NCBI GenBank assembly: GCA_977020255.1
Contig: CDROCS010000052.1
Location: 434,001-498,000, forward strand
Length of the DNA: 64,000 nucleotides
Direction of reading: 5' to 3'
Source of the DNA: Obrimoposthia wandeli
Taxonomy: Eukaryota
Of this stretch, positions 1 to 12,713 are shown in pieces (position 1 is the first letter of the stretch; the number at the start of each line of letters is the position of its first letter). The notes under the pieces were generated by a model. It was not told where the DNA came from. It saw only the letters and a list, made by a program, of their open reading frames with translations, and ran no database searches. The translations under genes and the position numbers were made by a program.

Positions 1-1356
1 GGAATTGAAAAAGATAGAGATGGAATGTTTTATGATTTGATTTTAGTATATACCTTGTATTTCTTGTAAGTATTCAGACACACATGCATACACATACCCA
101 ATGGTCTCTATGTTCTATTTTCCTTGTTCTCTCAACTTGTAAATTTTTGTTAGTATTCACACATACACACACATACAAATATACTATAGTATATTTGTTA
201 TATATTTTTGTAAGTATTCACACACATATAATATTACTATAGTCTATTTCCTTGCTTAAACAACTTATACAATTTTCTAAGTATTCATGCATGTACACAC
301 ATACATACACTCATACACATCATATTACTATAGTCTATTCCCTGCTCAACCAATCTTCCAGCAATCAGAAGACATTCCAGTGCATTACTATACTATACTC
401 CAATTTCTCTCAGCTATTCTTACTATATGTGTTTCCTTGTTCAAACAATCTTCCACCAATAAGAATACACTCCCATGGATTACTATTCTCCATCCTTCTA
501 GGTATGTTTACTATATTTGCTATACATTGATATAAATACCCTGTGGATATTTAAGTATCTACTTTAGTTATAATTTTCATATGATAGAAATACATAACAG
601 TCTGTAAGCATGATAAAATCAATAAATACTAGCTATATTGATAAATTATTAGTAGTATAAGTTTCAATTCTATATTAGAAATATCAATACCTTAATTTAG
701 ATTTAATAACTATAATCAATAACATGTATAATATGGATCTATTCTTAATTTCAGTTTAACATCTGAGATTTCATAGTTTCTTTAGTAAACATTAGATGAG
801 AAGAGAAGATGAAGTTATGAAGAGATAAGATGAAGTGATGCCTACATTTAGTGAATATATCTTGATGTAGCAAAAATCACACATACTTGTAACCATAGCA
901 AACATATATTTGAATTTGCGGGTATTGAAATTGATGCATTAAAACAAATTTTGATATGATGTAGTAAAATCACTATACATGATCAACTTTACACAAGTAA
1001 TTAGATATCTGGTAATATACATAAGCTTTATTAAACACATACAAACTCACACATACATACATGATTAAGCTTTATTTTAACCTCTGTTTAATAATTTACA
1101 TGGCTGAGTGAAGTAACTAAATGGTAACCTATATCTAATTATTAATACACACATACATGAGTGATGTAAGCAAGTGAAAAACATATGTTTAATTAATTAA
1201 TTAATTAGTAGTCACACATACATGCATAATAGATGCAGTATGTGACTACCTTTGTTAGACATAGATAAAGATTATAGTTTAGTTTAATAACTTTTAAATA
1301 ATTTTGAAATACACGAGTAAAGAGAAAAAGGAGAAAAATTTACATACACACAATAT

Positions 1357-1690
1357 TTATTTTTTCCCAGAAGGATCTTCTTTAGCTTGGGCTTCTTTTA
1401 TCCCCTCCATCATCAGCTCAATCTTTCGAACTCTGCGTTTGTGCTCCATCTCCAGTTTCCTTCTTTCTTCTAATTCCTTCTTCTTCAACTCAATCTTCTT
1501 GTTCCATTCCAGGCATCTTCTTCTTGCTTCAACTACTTGTATTTCTTCTATTTTCTCATTCCACTCTTTTGCTATGGCATTATATAGATTGAGATTAAAA
1601 AATCTTCTGTCGGAGATCACCTGTTTTCTTTTTCTTCTCAATTTTCTTCGTAACAAGCTTCATTAGATTCTTCATTTCTTGAAAATTCAT
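1357..1690 (-). pseudogene. Small charged coiled-coil protein of the Polinton family, one +1 frameshift in a T run
   Basis: MNFQEMKNLMKLVTKKIEKKKKTGDLRQKIF(fs)NLNLYNAIAKEWNEKIE...EWNKKIELKKK aligns with ORF 15121-15426 (VTKIE..KKGDLRKRVLNQNLYTAVATEWN..EWNKKIELEKRK). TATATAA lies about 35 nt upstream of the ATG. Confidence 0.65.
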
Positions 1691-1718
1691 TTTATAAAAA
1701 ATGAAATGAAATTATTGT

Positions 1719-3026
1719 TTCTCTTATATACTCTTCCTGGATTAATTAATTTTATTGATGTAGTAAAACACATTTTAATTAATAATGGATAATAAAATTT
1801 CGAATTAAATACACATGATATATAATAACCTAATTAAATTTATACATTATTTTAATTAAATGACTTTCAATAATCTTGTTATAATGAAAGGATCCTTTGT
1901 TGTACATGTTTAAATAATATAATTATGAAATTGATGTATTTAAACAAAATGTCTTTATGATGTCTTTATGTTAATAATTTAAACTAGTACATGCATGAGT
2001 AATGTAACCAACATGCTAGATGGAATTTACATCATCATTGATGTAATAAAACAAATTCTTGATATAATATAGTAAAATCACAAATACTCGTAACCATAAC
2101 AAATATATATTTGTATTTGCGGGTATTGAAATTGATGCATTAAAACAAATTCTTGTAGTAAAATTACTATACATGATCAGCTTTACACATGTAATTAGAT
2201 AACTGTTAATATACATAAGCTTTATTTATCAAATTATATAATACTTATTTTTATTAGTAGATAGTTTAATTGAATTTAGTTTAAATAAATTTAGAAATTA
2301 TATAATACTTATTTTTATGAGTAGATAGTTTAATTGAATTTAGTTTAATTTTATTAAATAGATAGCTTGCTTAGCTACTTTTAATAGTAAGTAGCTAAAG
2401 TTTTAATAAATAATTTTCTATGTGACGTTTAAAAACATATTTTGTAGAATTTCCCTTTCCCTCCCATCCCTTTCTTTTGTAGTCCTAATGAGGACTTTGG
2501 GTTCGTTCTCAAGTGTGTGTGTGTTCGTGATCAAGGGCCTTATCGCCAGTTTTCATTTGGTAAGATGAGTGGCTGGTCTTTTGATAGCCAGCAAATGAAG
2601 CCCGGGATCTCTTCTACTTCCAGAGCCTCCTGGAGCATCAAGCCCTCAGCGAGATAACACTTCTCTGCTAGAGTGTGCTCGCTCTCCATAAACTCCTTTA
2701 GTAAATTTTGTCGTTTTTCTTCCATTAAAAAATAATGAATTGAAACTAAAATATTTCTCTTATATACTCTTCCTGGGTTAATTAATTTTATTGATGCAGT
2801 AAAACAAATTCTCTTTTAATTAATAATGGATAATATAATAAAATTTCGAATTAAATAAAATACATATGATATATAATAACCTAATTAAATTTATACATTA
2901 TTTTAATTAAATGACTTTTGTTTAAATAATATTATTATGAAGAAAGGATGCTTTATTGCATATGTTTAAATAATCTAATTATGAAATTGATGTATTTAAA
3001 CAAAATGTCTTTATGATGTCTTTATG
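1719..3026. repeat. Direct repeat of a ~260-bp promoter cassette (1719-1970 and 2755-3026)
   Basis: Both copies run from ttctcttatatactcttcctgg to gtctttatgatgtctttatg. Each lies just upstream of a minus-strand ORF. Confidence 0.85.
2540..2725 (-). CDS. Small hypothetical protein of Polinton copy D (MEEKRQNLLKEF...), possibly truncated
   Basis: 61-aa ORF in a GC-richer island, with TATATAA 35 nt upstream of the ATG (the same cassette as ORF 1357-1690). No recognisable family. Confidence 0.45.
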   Translation of the reverse strand: MEEKRQNLLKEFMESEHTLAEKCYLAEGLMLQEALEVEEIPGFICWLSKDQPLILPNENWR

Positions 3027-3440
3027 ATGAATAGTTTCTTTGTTACATAGAAATATCAGTACACAGGAGTTGAAAGAGTACACACATGTGCATATGTATA
3101 TAAGTTAAGCTTGAAGACACACACCTGATATGTATTGTGGTGAAGACTGCATGTTAATACAACCTTACATAGTGGTACATACATGCATATATGTATATAA
3201 GTTAAGCTTGAAGACACACACACACACGCAGAAGATGTCTTTTGGGTAAGACTGTATGTTAATACATGCTTTAGATAAAAATATATATAGTTTTAAATAA
3301 AGGCAGTACACACATGCACACATATACTATTTAAGCTTGACTACACACGCACACGATATGTCTTTTGGTGAATACTGCATGTTAATATAGCCTTTAGATA
3401 AAAAGATATATAGTTTTAAAGAATGTTACTAAAAATAGAA

Positions 3441-3660
3441 TATGAGTCATTGATGAGTCATAGGATGAGTCATCGATGAGTCATCTTATGACCTCAGCAT
3501 GACCTTAAATGACATTGTCCTCATGACGTCATGTCCTTAACTTGACCTTAAAGTACATTGTCCTCATGACGTCATGACCTCAAGTTGACCTTAACTTGCC
3601 TTGACCTCATGACCTACATCTTGTCCTTATCGTGACCTTAAGTTGTCCTCATGAATTTAA
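3441..3660. promoter_or_regulatory. Subterminal array of ATGAGTCAT (x4), ATGACGTCAT (x2) and TGACCT motifs
   Basis: TGAGTCA at 3443, 3454, 3466 and 3477; two catgacgtcatg; many tgacct. A homologous array sits at 12190-12330. Regulatory function is inferred only. Confidence 0.45.
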
Positions 3661-3699
3661 ATAAAAATCATGTGTACTCGGGAGAAATTTGACCTACAT

Positions 3700-3975
3700 C
3701 TGTCATAAAAAATTTGAGTTCAAAAATTTTCGCGCTAATTTCAAAAATTTTGCGCAAATTTCAAAATTTTCATCGAAATTTCAAACATTTTCAAAATTTT
3801 CGCGCAAATTTCAAAAATTTTCATGGAAATTTCAAACATTTACAAAAAATTTCGCGCAAATTTCAAAAATTTTGACCTATATTTCAAAAATTTTCGCGGA
3901 AATTTCAAAATTTGACCTAAATTTTTTGTCCTCATCAAAAAATTTGACCTAGATTTTTGACTTGACCTTAAAAAA
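3700..3975. repeat. Degenerate A/T-tract tandem array (aaatttcaaaaattttcgcgc-like units)
   Basis: Repeated aaatttcaaaa/ttttcgcgc units immediately inside the terminus at 4025. Confidence 0.8.
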
Positions 3976-5869
3976 TTTTGTCCTCAGGGGGGGGCTTTGT
4001 TCCAGAAGTGCCACATCTACCTACTTATAATCTATTTAGATGTGTTTTTTATAGAAATATAATGTATTTGAATGACTTTATATGATATTTTGTATATTTT
4101 AATATGATTTAGTGATAAAATTTGAATAATAAACATTGAATTGATAAAGATTTAAAGTAATTTAATGACATTTAATGACATTTTGCATATTTTCAATGAT
4201 TTTATAGAGTTTTGGTATGATTGACAATAATTTATTAGATATTTTGCTATATTTTTTATATGGTTTTATAGAGATTTGATTAATTCTTTCATGGATTTAA
4301 CTAAAAATTAGCATATTTGATATAAATTTGGATTTATCGGGAATTTAGTGTATTTCTGCTGAATTTATCAGATATTTGATGTATTTTACTTGGGGTTTAA
4401 CATATATTAATGATATTTACGTATTTATTGATTAACTTGATGTAATTTATATGATATTTGAGTTATTTGATGTATTTGAGAATGAATTTGATTAATTATT
4501 ATGGATTTATTAGATATAAGAATAAATGGACATATGAATAAATGGACATATGAATTTCAATATATTTACAAGTTTTCATAGATTTTCAGTAGCATGGGTT
4601 GTCATTGATTTTCATAAGTAATTTCATTGAATTTTCTGAGATTGCATTTTATTTCTTAAGGGATTTTAAATTAGCTGTGTATTTTAAAAATTAAATTATA
4701 TTACCGGTTATGTAATTATTAACATATAAGGGAATAATTATTACTATTTTTCTTTCTCTCATACATACATATAAGTATACTGATATATCGATTCTTGTTG
4801 TAGTCTGTTAGAAACTTTCCTTATTCTATTCAACCAACTAGAAACTTGCAAAATTTTGCAAATACTTGCATCAACCAATCAGAACTTGAACATCTTCACA
4901 TACATTCATTTTTATGACCATATATACATTTAAACATAAACACACTCCTTGTTCTTTTCATACAATCAGAAACATGCAAAATTTTGCAAATATTTGCACA
5001 ATCAATCAGAACACGTACATCCTCCTATACATTTTTTAGCAAGATTAGAAAGAACGAGTCTGAAGCATTTGAAAATTATTTGCATCCTGACTTATTTTAG
5101 TATAAATATATTTATTGTTCTTTTTGTTAAATATGTAATTTTAGAAAATCGTCTTGTCTCTATTGTGTAATTTTCGTATACTTACAATGAATAATACGAA
5201 TTTTAAAAGCTTTACAAAGGTATTTATAACAAAAGGTGAACAAAAAGTATTTACGAAAGATTTTAAAATGAAAAGCTTCTAAAACAAAAACTTTTGGCAA
5301 AACAATTTATAATGAAAAGTATATACAAAAGATTTTACAACAAAATATTTTACAATGAAAAGTTATTACAACAAAATGTTTACAACGAAAATTTTTACAA
5401 AACATTTTACAATGAAAATTAAAAAAAAAAAATACAATGAAAAGTTTTAAGAAACTTTTTTTTTGTTTACAAAATATTTTACAAAATTATTTTACAAAAA
5501 ATTGATACACTTTTGAAATCCTGCTCTCTGAGATCGATGAAGTAAAACAAGAAATATATCTAAAAATGAATTAAATATAATACAGATAAGATCTTAACAA
5601 AATATGACCTTCACTGATAATGATCTTGAAAATAGCCGTATTATAGTACGTTTTTAAATTTGCGCGGCTAAAAATTGATGCGTTTAATCAAAAACATATA
5701 CATTTAGAGCAAAATCGGTCTACTATAAGACATAATGACCTATTTATGAATTTGACCTTCATAAACCATATGTACTATAACAAAATGTGACCTACTTTTC
5801 ACATTGACCTTAAAATATTGGTCTACTATTGTGAATTTTTTGAAATTTGCGAGACCACCAACACTACAC

Positions 5870-5988
5870 TCCAGAACATCACACCACACCACACTTAACA
5901 CAACACCACACCACACCACACCAAACCACACCACACCACACTTAACACAACACAACACCACACCAAACCACACCACACAACACCACAC
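5870..5988. repeat. (CACCA/CACAA)n microsatellite running into an assembly gap
   Basis: Pentamer repeats directly visible, followed by N run 5989-6169. Confidence 0.9.
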
Positions 5989-6169
5989 NNNNNNNNNNNN
6001 NNNNNNNNNNNNNNNNNNNNNNNNNNNNNNNNNNNNNNNNNNNNNNNNNNNNNNNNNNNNNNNNNNNNNNNNNNNNNNNNNNNNNNNNNNNNNNNNNNNN
6101 NNNNNNNNNNNNNNNNNNNNNNNNNNNNNNNNNNNNNNNNNNNNNNNNNNNNNNNNNNNNNNNNNNNNN
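5989..6169. other. Assembly gap (181 N)
   Basis: N run. Confidence 1.
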
Positions 6170-7028
6170 TATCAGATAATTTCAAAATTTATGTTCATAT
6201 TTTGCTATTACATGTACAAATCTTACTTGTACTTCGTTTTAAATTTATTTTATTGATATTTAAAATAGTGTGTATTATTACTTAAGAACTTACCCGCTAA
6301 CTTAATATTTCATGATTTAAATCCAATTTGATTAGGTGTATTTTGACTCTCATTGTGACACTTTTATTGACCAATTACGAGTTAAATAATTTCAGTTGTT
6401 AAACAAGTAATTTACTATGTAGTTTTCTACTTAAATGTGTGTATGAAGAGTTAGCAGGACTGAAGGGTTAAACATTGACGAGTTAACCAAAATTTTCTGG
6501 ATCATGATAGCGGCTTTCAATAATCTGTCAGTGAATAAAACATGAAAGCTGACTGGAAATACGTCAAAATAATCATAACTGAAATCGTAAAGTGTTGCTT
6601 AAATATATATATTGGGTTAGAGTTGATGTACCTCTTTGGAAGGTTTTAAAACATTATCGATTTGGAGTGAGCTTAGTAAAATTTAATGCAAGATTATTTA
6701 AAAAAACCATAGCAGTTCAAATTAAGTTATATTTCTACAATTTTTGAATCGTACATATCGGTTAATATTCAAATGGCTACCTAAAACTAAGATACAAAAT
6801 ATAACATTAGTTGAAAATTGTGCTAAGTAATTTCAAGTTATTAATTTAAAACGGTTCTAAAACAAATATATGGTCACTTCTAAGTCTATGTATTTCTGGT
6901 TATCGTTTCGAGTAAACGCCATTTCATACTTAACGACGTTGGGAATGGGACCGTGATGGGTTTGTAAGTTTATAAAGTTATTAAAAAACTGAATTTAAAA
7001 GATGAATTTGTAAGTTTTGTAATTTAAG

Positions 7029-8546
7029 TTTATTTGATTTACTGTATGCTAATTGTGTCTGTGCGTTTTATCAGGATCGAACAGGTTGATTCATATTCAG
7101 CTGTCAGTTTGCTTCGTTTGCTTCGGTTCTGACCAAGGAAATATTATGTGCAAATTAAAATTAAAAAAATTTAAATAGTTAAATAAAAGCCCAGAAATGA
7201 AATTAAACTTGAGTTGATTAATCTCAGGTGACTTGGGCTGACTATAATAGTCCGAGTAACCCGAGGCACCACGTCGGCAGTGGTTTAGAACAAACATGGG
7301 GCGACAGCAAACTGAATTTATAGAAGTTTTAGAAAATCCAAAAAATTAAGCAGCGCTCATCGGCGTACAAGAAATAGACAAAAAAATGACCGCAGTAGAA
7401 GATACCACAAAAATTCAGGCTTCCAGCATTACACTGATCAAACTTTAGTTAATTAAATAAATAAATTAAGTAAATAGTTACTTGTTACAATGTACATGCT
7501 TGATAAATAACGAATATAGTATAGTCATTGTACTCAACGTTAACCTAAATTAGTTGATGAGTAGGCACTTTTGTAGTTTATCATAAATAGTAAAAGATGC
7601 TGGTGGTAATAATCAGATCAACATTTTTAATATATTTTTAGTTTTTTTACATGGAAAACATCAATTCACTAATTCTGCTTGTTAAAAGATATATTTTAAA
7701 ATGTTTACATAATCTTCAGTTCAAAGTTTCCAATGATACTTTTCAATTCCACTATAGAAATTTATGTTAGTTTTCAAAGAAGCTGAAATACAACTACACA
7801 GGACAATTGCAATTTTACTGTGGTTTTAATGGCTATTTAGCAATAAGTGTAATACTCAAATTCAATATCATTTAGTTAATTTCAGTTACAAATTCACTAA
7901 ATTCTGTTGAATGTACATTAATTAAAACATTACGCTAATATTTGTATTCTATCATTTAAATTTAAATCTACTGAGTTAGGAGTGTAAAGGTTTTAATACC
8001 AACTCTAGACGAGAATAATGACACTCGGGGAATTGTGTGTTTCTTTCTGTGAAAAGGAATTAACTTTCTTTACGTATTATTCATATAAATATAGCCGAGA
8101 TGTTAATTTTCTGCACCTGGGTCTTTTATTGCCCTCCCGACGTAACACGCCAACTAAAGAGTACGGGAAAACGATTGCAGTCCGTCTAACTTCCCAACAC
8201 CCAGGTCCAACTGCATAAGTGTCAAGCATATTCCCGCAAACCTTGTTACGTCTCAATTGTGTCACTTTCAATACATTGTGGCAGATGACAGTTCACTGAC
8301 ATGAAGAGAAAGCTGAAAATTACCCCGAGGCCAAATTTTGATTTGACACTGTTTATAGCAACATATATTTTCCTTTTCACCCTTCGTTCTGTTTTCCTCT
8401 TTCAATAGTTCAATACTTCCGCTCAACAAAATGACATCTAAAATATGACTGTAAATATAACAAAATGGCTTAAATAAAATGATTGTTATGGTACACTCAA
8501 TGCAATTTTAAAATCAGAGACAAGTTTTGCAGTCATTAAAGAAAAA
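7029..8546 (+). repeat. Left arm of a ~1.5-kb inverted duplication (partner 9508-11021)
   Basis: Near-identical reverse complement. ORFs 7097-7297(-)/10753-10953(+) are identical; 8077-8271(-)/9782-9976(+) differ by one residue. Confidence 0.95.
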
Positions 8547-8565
8547 AGGAGTGTTTCGGTGGTGT

Positions 8566-8974
8566 NNNNNNNNNNNNNNNNNNNNNNNNNNNNNNNNNNN
8601 NNNNNNNNNNNNNNNNNNNNNNNNNNNNNNNNNNNNNNNNNNNNNNNNNNNNNNNNNNNNNNNNNNNNNNNNNNNNNNNNNNNNNNNNNNNNNNNNNNNN
8701 NNNNNNNNNNNNNNNNNNNNNNNNNNNNNNNNNNNNNNNNNNNNNNNNNNNNNNNNNNNNNNNNNNNNNNNNNNNNNNNNNNNNNNNNNNNNNNNNNNNN
8801 NNNNNNNNNNNNNNNNNNNNNNNNNNNNNNNNNNNNNNNNNNNNNNNNNNNNNNNNNNNNNNNNNNNNNNNNNNNNNNNNNNNNNNNNNNNNNNNNNNNN
8901 NNNNNNNNNNNNNNNNNNNNNNNNNNNNNNNNNNNNNNNNNNNNNNNNNNNNNNNNNNNNNNNNNNNNNNNNNN
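8566..8974. other. Assembly gap (409 N)
   Basis: N run. Confidence 1.
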
Positions 8975-9064
8975 GCCCCGAAGGGGCGGGTGGTTGTCGG
9001 TGGGTGTTTCCATCCAACACCCATCGACTTTCACCCATCACCCGAGGTAGTCAGTGATATACAC

Positions 9065-9295
9065 GAGAGCGAGACATTCGCCCATCACCCAAGCAAGTCT
9101 GTGACCTATATGAGAGCGAGACATTCGTACATCGCCAAGCAAGTCTGTGACCTATATCAGAGCGAGACATTCGTACATCGCCAAGCAAGTCTGTGACCTA
9201 TATGAGAGCGAGACATCCGTACATCGCAGAGCTAGTCTGTGACATATATGAGAGCGAGACATCCGTACATCGCAGAGCTAGTCTGTGACCTATAT
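9065..9295. repeat. Minisatellite, 5 x 46-47 bp, subterminal to a Polinton end
   Basis: Unit (g/c)agagcgagacat(t/c)cgtacatcgc(ca/ag)agc(a/t)agtctgtgacctatat. Units start at 9065, 9112, 9158, 9204 and 9250. Confidence 0.95.
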
Positions 9296-9345
9296 CAGTC
9301 CCGAGCCCTTCGCGCTGATAGGCACGAAAAAATGTTAGGGGGACC

Positions 9346-9491
9346 CCCCTTGTCCTTTAAAACCGTGCATGTGTGTTGAGTGAAATTTCACTCCACACAC
9401 CTACACGAAATTTCACTCCACACACAATGCACGGTTTTAAAGGACAAGGGGCGAGGGGGTGTGTGGATTAGACCGGATACATCCACCTACT
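9346..9491 (-). mobile_element. Polinton-family terminus (TIR) with internal fold-back
   Basis: ...gtgtggattagaccggatacatccacctact ends at 9491 and is the reverse complement of the termini at 11800 and 40717. Confidence 0.85.
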
Positions 9492-9507
9492 TGGGAGTTG
9501 TTGTTAA

Positions 9508-11021
9508 TTTTTCTTTAATGACTGCAAAACTTGTCTCTGATTTTAAAATTGCATTGAGTGTACCATAACAATCATTTTATTTAAGCCATTTTGTTATATT
9601 TACAGTCATATTTATATGTCATTTTGTTGAGCGGAAGTATTGAACTATTGAAAGAGGAAAACAGAACGAAGGGTGAAAAGGAAAATATATGTTGCTATAA
9701 ACAGTGTCAAATCAAAATTTGGCCTCGGGGTAATTTTCAGCTTTCTCTTCATGTCAGTGAACTGTCATCTGCCACAATGTATTGAAAGTGACACAATTGA
9801 GACGTAACAAGGTTTGCGGGAATATGCTTGACACTTATGCAGTTGGACCTGGGTGTTGGGAAGTTAGACTGACTGCAATCGTTTTCCCGTACTCTTTAGT
9901 TGGCGTGTTACGTCGGGAGGGCAATAAAAGACCCAGGTGCAGAAAATTAACATCTCGGCTATATTTATATGAATAATACGTAAAGAACGTTAATTCCTTT
10001 TCACAGAAAGAAACACAATTCCCCGAGTGTCATTATTCTCGTCTAGAGTTGGTATTAAAACCTTTACACTCCTAACTCAGTAGATTTAAATTTAAATGAT
10101 AGAATACAAATATTAGCGTAATGTTTTAATTAATGTACATTCAACAGAATTTAGAGAATTTGTAACTGAAATTAACTAAATGATATTGAATTTGAGTATT
10201 ACACTTATTGCTAAATAGCCATTAAAACCACAGTAAAATTGCAATTGTCCTGTGTAGTTGTATTTAGCTTCTTTGAAAACTAACATAAATTTCTATAGTG
10301 GAATTGAAAAGTATCATTGGAAACTTTGAACTGAAGATTATGTAAACATTTTAAAATATATCTTTTAACAAGCAGAATTAGTGAATTGATGTTTTCCATG
10401 TAAAAAAACTAAAAATATATTAAAAATGTTGATCTGATTATTACCACAAGCATCTTTTACTATTTATGATAAACTACAAAAGTGCCTACTCATCAACTAA
10501 TTTAGGTTAACGTTGAGTGCAATGACTTTACTATATTCGTTATTTATCAAGCATGTACATTGTAACAAGTAACTATTTACTTAATTTATTTATTTAATTA
10601 ACTAAAGTTTGATCAGTGTAATGCTGGAAGCCTGAATTTTTGTGGTATCTTCTACTGCGGTCATTTTTTTGTCTATTTCTTGTACGCCGATGAGCGCTGC
10701 TTAATTTTTTGGATTTTCTAAAACTTCTATAAATTCAGTTTGCTGTCGCCCCATGTTTGTTCTAAACCACTGCCGACGTGGTGCCTCGGGTTACTCGGAC
10801 TATTATAGTCAGCCCAAGTCACCTGAGATTAATCAACTCAAGTTTAATTTCATTTCTGGGCTTTTATTTAACTATTTAAATTTTTTTAATTTTAATTTGC
10901 ACATAATATTTCCTTGGTCAGAACCGAAGCAAACGAAGCAAACTGACAGCTGAATATGAATCAACCTGTTCGATCCTGATAAAACGCACAGACACAATTA
11001 GCATACAGTAAATCAAATAAA
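9508..11021 (-). repeat. Right arm of the ~1.5-kb inverted duplication
   Basis: Reverse complement of 7029-8546 with scattered SNPs and small indels. Confidence 0.95.
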
Positions 11022-12189
11022 TCAAATTTTTGGTAGAAACTAGTCTTATCTCTAAAAGGCTTTTATGGGATAATTTATAAGAAATAGTTGGTTTTCAAAA
11101 AATACTTTATATCGGATACCTTTGTATATTCTTATTTTATTATAATTACTAGAAATAATTCGTATGTCAGTAGATATGTAGATTTATATTCAATTCAGAA
11201 ATGAATTACGTAATGGAGATTATCAATACCAAAAGAGTTGACATAAAGCTTTGTTTAGATAGCCTTATCTATACTGTTAAAGTTGTTTTTCTGAAATTAT
11301 TCTCCAAGATCAACATGGCATCCGACCGAGGAAAATAACTACGAACTTGTATACTGAACTCCCAACCTGACTTCGTAATCTTTGTGAGGACAGGTCTTCT
11401 GAGCGCAATTCCATCCCTGATTTCCTGCAAGGTGTTAGCCACAACTTTAGAGATGGACAGCCAAACATCTAAGCCTAAATGATTGATTTGCATTTAACTG
11501 TGCTGTACATATTGTTAATATGACCAAACTGTGTTACTTTGAGTGTTTTACTATTTGTTATTGGCCCCAAATATCAAGCTATCTATTTCCTATAAATTTT
11601 TCTAAAACTAAGATTTTCTGAACACTAACTATTACTAAGAAATTGACAAAAAAACCTGATAGCAAAAACAGCGTTTTCTACAAAAAAAAGTTTGAAACGT
11701 CAACTTTATAAAAAAGCCAGACCGAAGCGTCCTAATCCAAAATGTCTGTGTACCGTGATATATCAGTAGTTGAATCAATCATAATGCTGAATATGTTAGA
11801 GTAGGTGGATGTGTCCGGTCTAATCCACGCACCCCTCCCCGCCCCACACTGTCCTTTAAAACCGTGCATGTGTATGGAGTGAAATTTTCTACCCTCCCCC
11901 AACACTCAAAAAAACTAATTAACCCCATATAATACCCTTTAAAATTGAAAATCTCATAGTGCTCCCAAAAAAGGGAGGAAGGTCCTGAGAGGCCGTTTAG
12001 TGGGCCAACGCGTGCCCTCCGGGCCTGCGGTGGTTTGACGAGCAATACATATACAGGGTCGCGACAAATATTTTTCTTATAAGAATTTATATCTAGATAC
12101 ATATATATGGGGTCGAAATTTTTTTTAAATCATCAAATAAATAAATTGGAAATGATTTCAACATTTTCATTTTATTCGGATGAATTATC

Positions 12190-12330
12190 GTTGAGTCATA
12201 GGATGAGTCATCGATGAGTCATAGGATGAGCCATCGATGAGACATAGAATGATCTTGACTCATCATGACCTTAACCTCATGATGACCTCAAATGACCTTG
12301 ACCTCATGAGGTCATGACCTTAACTTTACC
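12190..12330. promoter_or_regulatory. Subterminal TGAGTCA / TGACCT motif array including the perfect palindrome AGGTCATGACCT (12309-12320)
   Basis: Directly visible and homologous to 3441-3660. It lies in a ~390-bp segment that is deleted from copy B. Confidence 0.45.
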
Positions 12331-12713
12331 TTAAATTACCTCTGGAAAAAAAATTATACCCTTCAAACATGTACGGTCAAGAAAATATTACTATTTTAAA
12401 TCCAAAGATATACATGTATTCAAACATTAACAAAAATTAAGAAAATACTATAAATTATTTGAATAATACGTTCTCATTGGACGTTGAACTTAAGCAACAA
12501 AAACTTAAGAAAATAATACTATTTTCAAATAAAATATTTTTTTTATCCAATGACATACTCGCATTCAAACGTAGTTAAAAAATTGATAAAAGCCTATGGA
12601 TTTTTCAAATAAATTATTTGAATAACCCGCTTTCATTGGACGACAAAAGAGGGTTAGTCTGTTGTTTTTTGTATATAAGGAGACCTCTTTTCATTATTTT
12701 TCATTAATCAAGA

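Larger units (their letters stand above)
1..4025 (-). mobile_element. Terminal fragment of a Polinton/Maverick-family element (copy D); extends beyond window start
   Basis: Ends in ...ccacatctacctact (4025), the reverse complement of AGTAGGTAGATGTGG, a variant of the family terminus. Shares the TGAGTCA/TGACCT subterminal array with copy A (12190-12330) and carries a homolog of the copy-A coiled-coil ORF. Confidence 0.65.

Noticed and set aside
1304-1666. Plus-strand 120-aa ORF, and antisense ORFs 12830-13084, 13142-13408, 14541-14846, 37271-37462, 43541-43810 and 51679-51909
   Set aside because: Shadow ORFs opposite better-supported coding strands.
3689-3952. 87-aa F/K-rich ORF
   Set aside because: Translation of the aaatttc repeat array.
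8486-9057. Long ORFs 8486-9057 and 5804-6256
   Set aside because: Artefacts of N runs and the CACCA microsatellite.
9065-9295. CRISPR-like array
   Set aside because: Units are contiguous with no unique spacers, the context is eukaryotic, and no cas genes are present. It is a minisatellite.
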